A DNA stretch of 64,000 nucleotides from Octopus sinensis (lineage: Eukaryota), in assembly GCF_006345805.1 (NCBI RefSeq), contig NC_043004.1, positions 1,550,001 to 1,614,000 of the forward strand, written 5' to 3'. The notes under the pieces are model-generated. The model was not told the DNA's origin and searched no databases. It saw nothing but the letters and a program-made list of their open reading frames with translations. How positions within the stretch are numbered: the stretch's first letter is position 1; every line of letters begins with the position of its first letter. Position numbers and translations under genes: made by a program. Of this stretch, positions 56,822 through 64,000 are shown in pieces.

Positions 56822-56952
56822 TAATAATAATAATGATAGGCGAACGAAGACCTATCAGTTTGGCTATCTGTCTATCTACTTAAAATATCCACCGAGACTG
56901 CCCAAACCCGACCAGTTTTCAGAGGCAACGACCGGTAACCATTTTCACACAC

Positions 56953-57015
<63 letters not shown>

Positions 57016-57155
57016 TTTACACACACACACACTCATTCGTAGCCCAGTGATGATATCTCGTAAACGGACTGCTCTCTGAAACCAACAAAAATTGTGATGG
57101 CATATAAGAGAGCAAATAAAAGTGTTACATGAATCCATCAAAAGAAAGAGGGTTA

Positions 57156-57204
<49 letters not shown>

Positions 57205-57510
57205 GCAGACAAATAGAAACACAAACAATTCCGTATTGAAATATAGAAAATAGTGAATATATAAATATACCAAAAAAAAAAACATTAAAAAAATCATACA
57301 TAAAATAAACAGAAGTGGAATAAACAATTCCGTATTTTTTTTTTTTTAATATTTTGGTTATTATCTTATTTTTTAGGTCGATTATGCTTTTTTAATATTT
57401 ATATTATTTTTTGGTTTGAGGAGTGGATGAGAGAAAAGTTGAGGAAGATATAGACTGTGTTGTGTAAATGTACGGCGAAATGTGCATGTGTACGTGTGTG
57501 TGTGTGTCTG

Positions 57511-57546
<36 letters not shown>

Positions 57547-57547
57547 G

Positions 57548-57647
57548 NNNNNNNNNNNNNNNNNNNNNNNNNNNNNNNNNNNNNNNNNNNNNNNNNNNNN
57601 NNNNNNNNNNNNNNNNNNNNNNNNNNNNNNNNNNNNNNNNNNNNNNN
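57548..57647. other. Assembly gap (100 N)
   Basis: Run of N. Confidence 1.
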
Positions 57648-58045
57648 AAAAAATAATTAATAAAACGGTAAATGCGAGTACGAGAAAGAAGTACGAGTTA
57701 TTTGGCGGGGTATCAGACATTAACAATAATGCATTATGACTTCAAGTAAAGCTTAGGAATACTTTCTGTTCACTTGATGTTTAATGCTTTGAGATGTGGC
57801 ATTGAGTAAAATCAATAAATAAATGCATTTATAAATGTATATGTGTGTGTTTATGTGTTAACGTGTACGTGCGCGTGTTGTACATATATATGTATATAGG
57901 TGTACATATCTATACACATGTGGAGCATAGTCAACCACTTTCACATAACCGATTAGCTCACTTCCTCCTCCTTAAAACGTCGACACTCAGGATTCCCTTT
58001 GTATACAAACATACATACAAACATATATGCATATTCATATGTATA

Positions 58046-58101
<56 letters not shown>

Positions 58102-58106
<5 letters not shown>

Positions 58107-58474
58107 GAAAACGGAGAAAACTTTTGATCAAAGAACCAACAAACTGACCATCATCGGTTGACTATTTTTTAATACAAAACATGACATTACATTTCTTACG
58201 GTTGTTTCCGCTTCCAATGTTAGTCAGTGCTTACGAAAGAAATTCCGAAGATAATATTCGTCATCTTCATAGCATGTTCGATCCAGTACATGGAGCGAAT
58301 ATGCTATAAAGATGACGAATGTTTTTTTCGGAATTTCTTTCGTTAGCACCGACTAACATTGGAAGTGGAAACGGCCGTAAGAAATATAATGTCCTGTTTT
58401 GTATTAAAGAATAATCAACCGATATTGGTCACTTTGTTTGTTTCTTGATCAAAAGTTTTCTCCATTTTCTGATT
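58102..58474. repeat. Near-perfect ~370-bp palindrome (~180-bp arms, ~6-nt loop)
   Basis: Arms mirror across agtaca (~58286), e.g. cgaaagaaattccgaa / ttcggaatttctttcg. Confidence 0.9.
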
Positions 58475-58645
58475 ATTTAGATTTGATTCCTGATAAACTT
58501 TTGCTTATTATGCTATTATCTGAACCCTATGGGCATATTGTGCCTGCATACCCATGGCCAGGGATAGCATAGGTAATTGATACCGATAGTAACAACGGAT
58601 ACTATTATCCCTTAGACAGTTATTACAACCGCTATCTCTGCTTAC

Positions 58646-58699
<54 letters not shown>

Positions 58700-58780
58700 T
58701 ATATTATATATATATTTATACATATATACACACACATTAACCCATGCATACACACACACGCACACACACACACACGTACA

Positions 58781-58904
<124 letters not shown>

Positions 58905-59382
58905 TACAGAGAGATAGGCAGACAGATAGACAGACAATCGGGCAAATAGATAAACCGGTAGATAGATAGATATGAAGACAGAAAGAGTATAAAAGCAGAA
59001 AACCATAAATTACACAAATAGTTCATAATTTAATTGTGCTCAACAGCTGTTTCATTAGCTAATAACCATCATTAATTCCCAAATCATGTCATTAAGATAC
59101 GTAATAGATTATTTTAAGTTAAACTCATTTTCAGCGATGTTTCTCCTAAATTACTGATTTATATCACTGATAATCAAGGATTCTTAGTTATATTAATCAG
59201 AAGCCGTCACGGGTTTTAATACAAACGAAAAAGAAAGGATCGGATAAGAAATAAAGTAATTATAAAAGAAATAAACAAATGTCTGTCGCTCTCTGAATAT
59301 CACTGAATTCACCTCAGAATATTTTTCAAATGGAATCTGAAGTTAAAACACCAGATTCTGATATCCTAACGCTCTCTGTCTC

Positions 59383-59465
<83 letters not shown>

Positions 59466-60244
59466 CACCTACCTAAATGCACACACACACACATATATAT
59501 ATATGCATGTATGGATGTATATATATATATATTATTTATATTATTATTTGATTGAACGCTACGAATCCATCTCCAAGTAAGTTTATCTTAATTTTTTTTG
59601 ATGCGACTCTACTTTATACCCTTTTCTCCTCCAACGTTTTTTCTCTCATTCTTTTTTTTCTCTCATCCTTTTCTCTAGTTCTTTTTTTCTCCCTTTCACC
59701 ATATTCTATTTCTCTCTCTTCCTTTCGTTGCTCATACGGGACCATCGTCCATCTTTCTTTTCTTTCAAGTATGTCCTAAGGACTGGACGTATCCTATACC
59801 TCTCTTCTATCATTTCTATTTTCGAAGGAAATATTTCTCCAGCTTTCGCTATTTTACCCTCGTTCTGGTCTAACGACCCTCCATGCTTGTTTCCGTTCGG
59901 TTCCCTTGTATGTCTCCACTGCCCTGTTTTTGTTCCCAACTTTGACCCTCCGTAAATCCCAAATTTTATTTTGGTACTTATCCGAGCAACAGTCTTCCAA
60001 GACTCATATTGTTGTTGAATGCTCGAAATGAGTAGATACAAAGCCGACAACTAATGAAGGGTCGTTCTTTATGCTACTTGAACTGTTTTCCATTTGTTTC
60101 TCTCGTTGTTTGTGTACAGAACTCATTTGTTTTCGTATTTCATGTTGTTTACTGTTGGTGACGTCCTTTACTGGTGTATGCATATGCATATATATATATA
60201 TATATGTATATATATGCATATCTATATGCATATATTTTGTTTAT

Positions 60245-60665
60245 AGGCGTAGGAGTGGCTGTGTGGTAAGTAGCTTGCTTACGAACCACATGGTTTCGGG
60301 TTCAGTCCCACTGCGTGGCACCTTGGGCAAGTGTCCTCTGCTATAGCCTCGGGCTGACCATAGTCTTGTGAGTGGATTTGGTAGACGGAAACTGAAAGAA
60401 GCCCGTCCTATATATGTATATATATATATGTATGCGTGTGTGTGTTTGTGTGTCTGTTTGTTCCCCAACATCGCTTGACAAACTATGCTGGTGTGTTTAC
60501 ATCCCCGTAGCTTAGTGTTTTGGTAAAAGAGACTGATAGAATAAGTAATAGGCTCACAAAGAATATGTCCCGTAGTCGATTTGCTCGACTAAAGGCGATG
60601 CTCCAGCATGGCCACAGTCAAATGACTAAAACAAGTAAAAGAGTAAAGAGAGAGTAAAAGAGTAT
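60245..60665 (+). mobile_element. SINE family A
   Basis: Full copy; tail fragment also at ~62810-62915. Confidence 0.88.
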
Positions 60666-60971
60666 ATATATATATTTCCCACACACACACATACACATAT
60701 GTATATTCATTCATATATGTGTGACTGTGTGATGGATGATGTAGCGCCTCCTATGTCAGTGACACAGATGACGAAACAATAGTCAACAAATGGAAGAAAC
60801 TTCTGTTGTCTCCTTCGTATCTTACCAGTATATATATATACCCTCCATCATTGTTATTCCAGCATTCGCAGAAAGTCGATAAGGTTACATTGTAACCTTA
60901 ACCAAAGTTTTATTTGCTAGTCACGCAGCAGGTGAAAAGCCTCAGATGAGCTCCTTTTTGATCTTTAAAAT

Positions 60972-61002
<31 letters not shown>

Positions 61003-61009
61003 CACTCCT

Positions 61010-61799
<790 letters not shown>

Positions 61800-61980
61800 A
61801 ATGTTCTATCTATAAATGTTCTGATATCTACACAGCCTTGGTTTTTATCTTATTACGCAAAAATTTCTTATGTATGTATATATATATATATATTTACCTT
61901 GATACTTCCTATATCTCACCTTTCCAAAATAACTTCTTATGTTGAACTCTACTATTTCCCGCTATTTAACTCGCTCATAT

Positions 61981-62029
61981 CGTCTCTGATGAAGGGGTGT
62001 CCTTCATATCTCTGAAACAGCTGTAAAAC
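61981..62029 (+). ncRNA. Minimal HHR with canonical core and weakened helix I
   Basis: CGUCU-CUGAUGA-AGGGG...UCUCU-GAAAC-AGCU-GUA-AAAC; same helix III as 3256-3377. Confidence 0.5.
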
Positions 62030-62607
62030 TACCTTTATTAACGTTCTAGAAATTTCACACTGCCTTGACTTTGTTGTCACATTTTATTTAACATATATAT
62101 GTAAGTGTGTATATATAGAACCGATAGGCAATAAGTACAGTCATCACTAAAGTGACGGAGGATGCTAGCGAGCAGAAGCATTGCTAGAAATAAGAGTCAA
62201 ACAACTCGTAGCCACGTGAGGAGCACTTTCCTAACGGCTGACAATGGCGACAGGCTCCCTCCCTGCAACAAACGAGATGGAGTCGTATCAGAGCTGATTT
62301 CAGATTTAATCAGTCTTCACCAGTGACACATTACTTCGTCGCCGAGAGTTAAAAAACCTAAGTCACCTTGTCAGCTTTATAGAGAACACCATAAAAAACA
62401 TCAACTGATGTCGAAAATGGTGAAGTGAGAATTATGAATTATTAAGGTGGCTATTCGCAATTTAGAACCAATATGAAACAAGTAAAGTCGTCACTCAAGT
62501 GATGGAGGGTACCGGTAAGTACCAGCATTGCTAGAAATGAGAATCAAAGCAATTCTTAGCCTCTAGTTAAATGCAATGTTGTCTTTATTATAACATAAAA
62601 CGAACGT

Positions 62608-62701
<94 letters not shown>

Positions 62702-62740
62702 TGTATGTATGTATGTATGTATGTGTGTGTGTGTAGAGAG

Positions 62741-62797
<57 letters not shown>

Positions 62798-63485
62798 TAC
62801 GTAGATATCTGTGCGTGTTTGTGTATGTCCTCCACCATCGCTTGGCCATCGAAGTTTATTCTTTACGCCCCTGTAACCTGGTGGTTCGGCAAAAGAGAAC
62901 GATAGATTAAGTATTAGAGATACACAAGTGTTGACTAGAGGATGGTATTTATCAGAGGGAAACTTCATGGTAATCGCTTGAGTGACCTATCTTAGGATGA
63001 AATCTCGAATGTCTACACTTATAAGATTGTACTAAACGTAGCCGCTTCTGAAGAACTTTGTTGGCTGTAAAGAAGACAAGATGTAGAGTTGCTAGTGTTC
63101 AGTGCTATAGTCTTAATAAGATGATAAGAGCCAGATCATTAACAAAAGTGTACCTTGCCAAAACCGCCGTCGCTGGTTTTAAACGTCTTCTTGTTATTTT
63201 AGATGTCCTTCGTATGAACAAAGTAAAAAGGAAAATTTGCATTTAGAGAAGACAATTACAAAAAAAATATATATATACTTAGAAGAAAATTCACCTTGAA
63301 AGAAGTTTGGTGAATTTGGTCAAAGTAGATTGCCTTGGTGTCATATTGCGTTCTGGTCGTTGTTATTTGAATAAGTATTGAAAAGACTACATGAGTTGTG
63401 GGAGTCAGTGCTTTCCTTAGCTCTAACAATTTGAGAGCATCTTCGATGAAAGAAGATAAAATGAAGATCCTTAAATCACATCATA

Positions 63486-63516
<31 letters not shown>

Positions 63517-63767
63517 TCCCTCCTTCCTTCAAGCGGTTAAAATACATATTTTTAAAGAATCAAGAAGAATAAGCTATACACGATCACCTGCTTAATAACA
63601 CTACTCGAAAAGATGAGCCAAAAGATATGAGACTTACTGTGAGTCTCATGAAGGCGATGTTTTTCGGTTCGTTTTCTAGAAATCTGAGGTTAAATAATTT
63701 TAAAAACATATTTCCTGCTATCTGTACATATATACTGCACCAATAGTTAAGATTTTCTACAAATCTG

Positions 63768-64000
63768 TCTATATATAAAGCTGAAGTTGTCTATATATGG
63801 CAGGTTTGGTAGCATTCAACTAACACTATCTTCTCCGAAACCCTGCAGCGCAAGTTGACCAATATTGAGAGTATGATTGGAGAAGGCTTGCTCTTCCTTC
63901 CGTAGAAGGAAAAATTTAAATCGGACCATGTTAATACCAAAAAATTATTTACATCAAGAAGGTGCTTTTTTTTCTATGAAAACCCCTATTTTTTACGATT
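63768..64000 (+). mobile_element. Probable 5' end of a non-autonomous Helitron-like element (runs off the window)
   Basis: Starts TCTATATATAAAGCTGAAGTTGT, resembling the 5' end of 35265-35665; 3' end not visible. Confidence 0.45.

Noticed and set aside
57548-57647. ORFs spanning the N run
   Set aside because: Artefacts of the assembly gap.

Overview
This is AT-rich eukaryotic DNA dominated by microsatellites and transposable elements. The repeat content looks like an octopus or other coleoid cephalopod genome; that is an inference from the SINE families and the (TA/CA/TAA/CATA/TAGA)n load. Most ORFs in the supplied track are microsatellite artefacts. Supported content: many tRNA-derived SINE copies from at least 4 families; degraded LINEs (R4/Dong-type RLE elements, a CR1/L2 3' end, a Tx1/L1-like ORF1 with a CCHC knuckle); Penelope-like (PLE) remnants; mariner fragments, one of them a foldback built from two 3' ends; non-autonomous Helitron-like elements; several long palindromes; and one 100-N assembly gap. 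Host genes can only be called tentatively: a few exons with good splice signals, two of which (54888-54700 and 50810-50599, minus strand) join in phase into a divergent C-type-lectin-like domain. The main hidden signal is about 10 minimal type I hammerhead-ribozyme (HHR) motifs in unrelated repeat families, with covarying helices. They include a U3:A8 core variant and a composite element (tRNA-like Pol III head + TAA repeat + HHR module, with an inverted HHR copy upstream) present twice. One of these HHRs lies in sense orientation about 550 nt downstream of the putative lectin stop codon. All folds and translations were done by eye, with no alignment, folding or database search.
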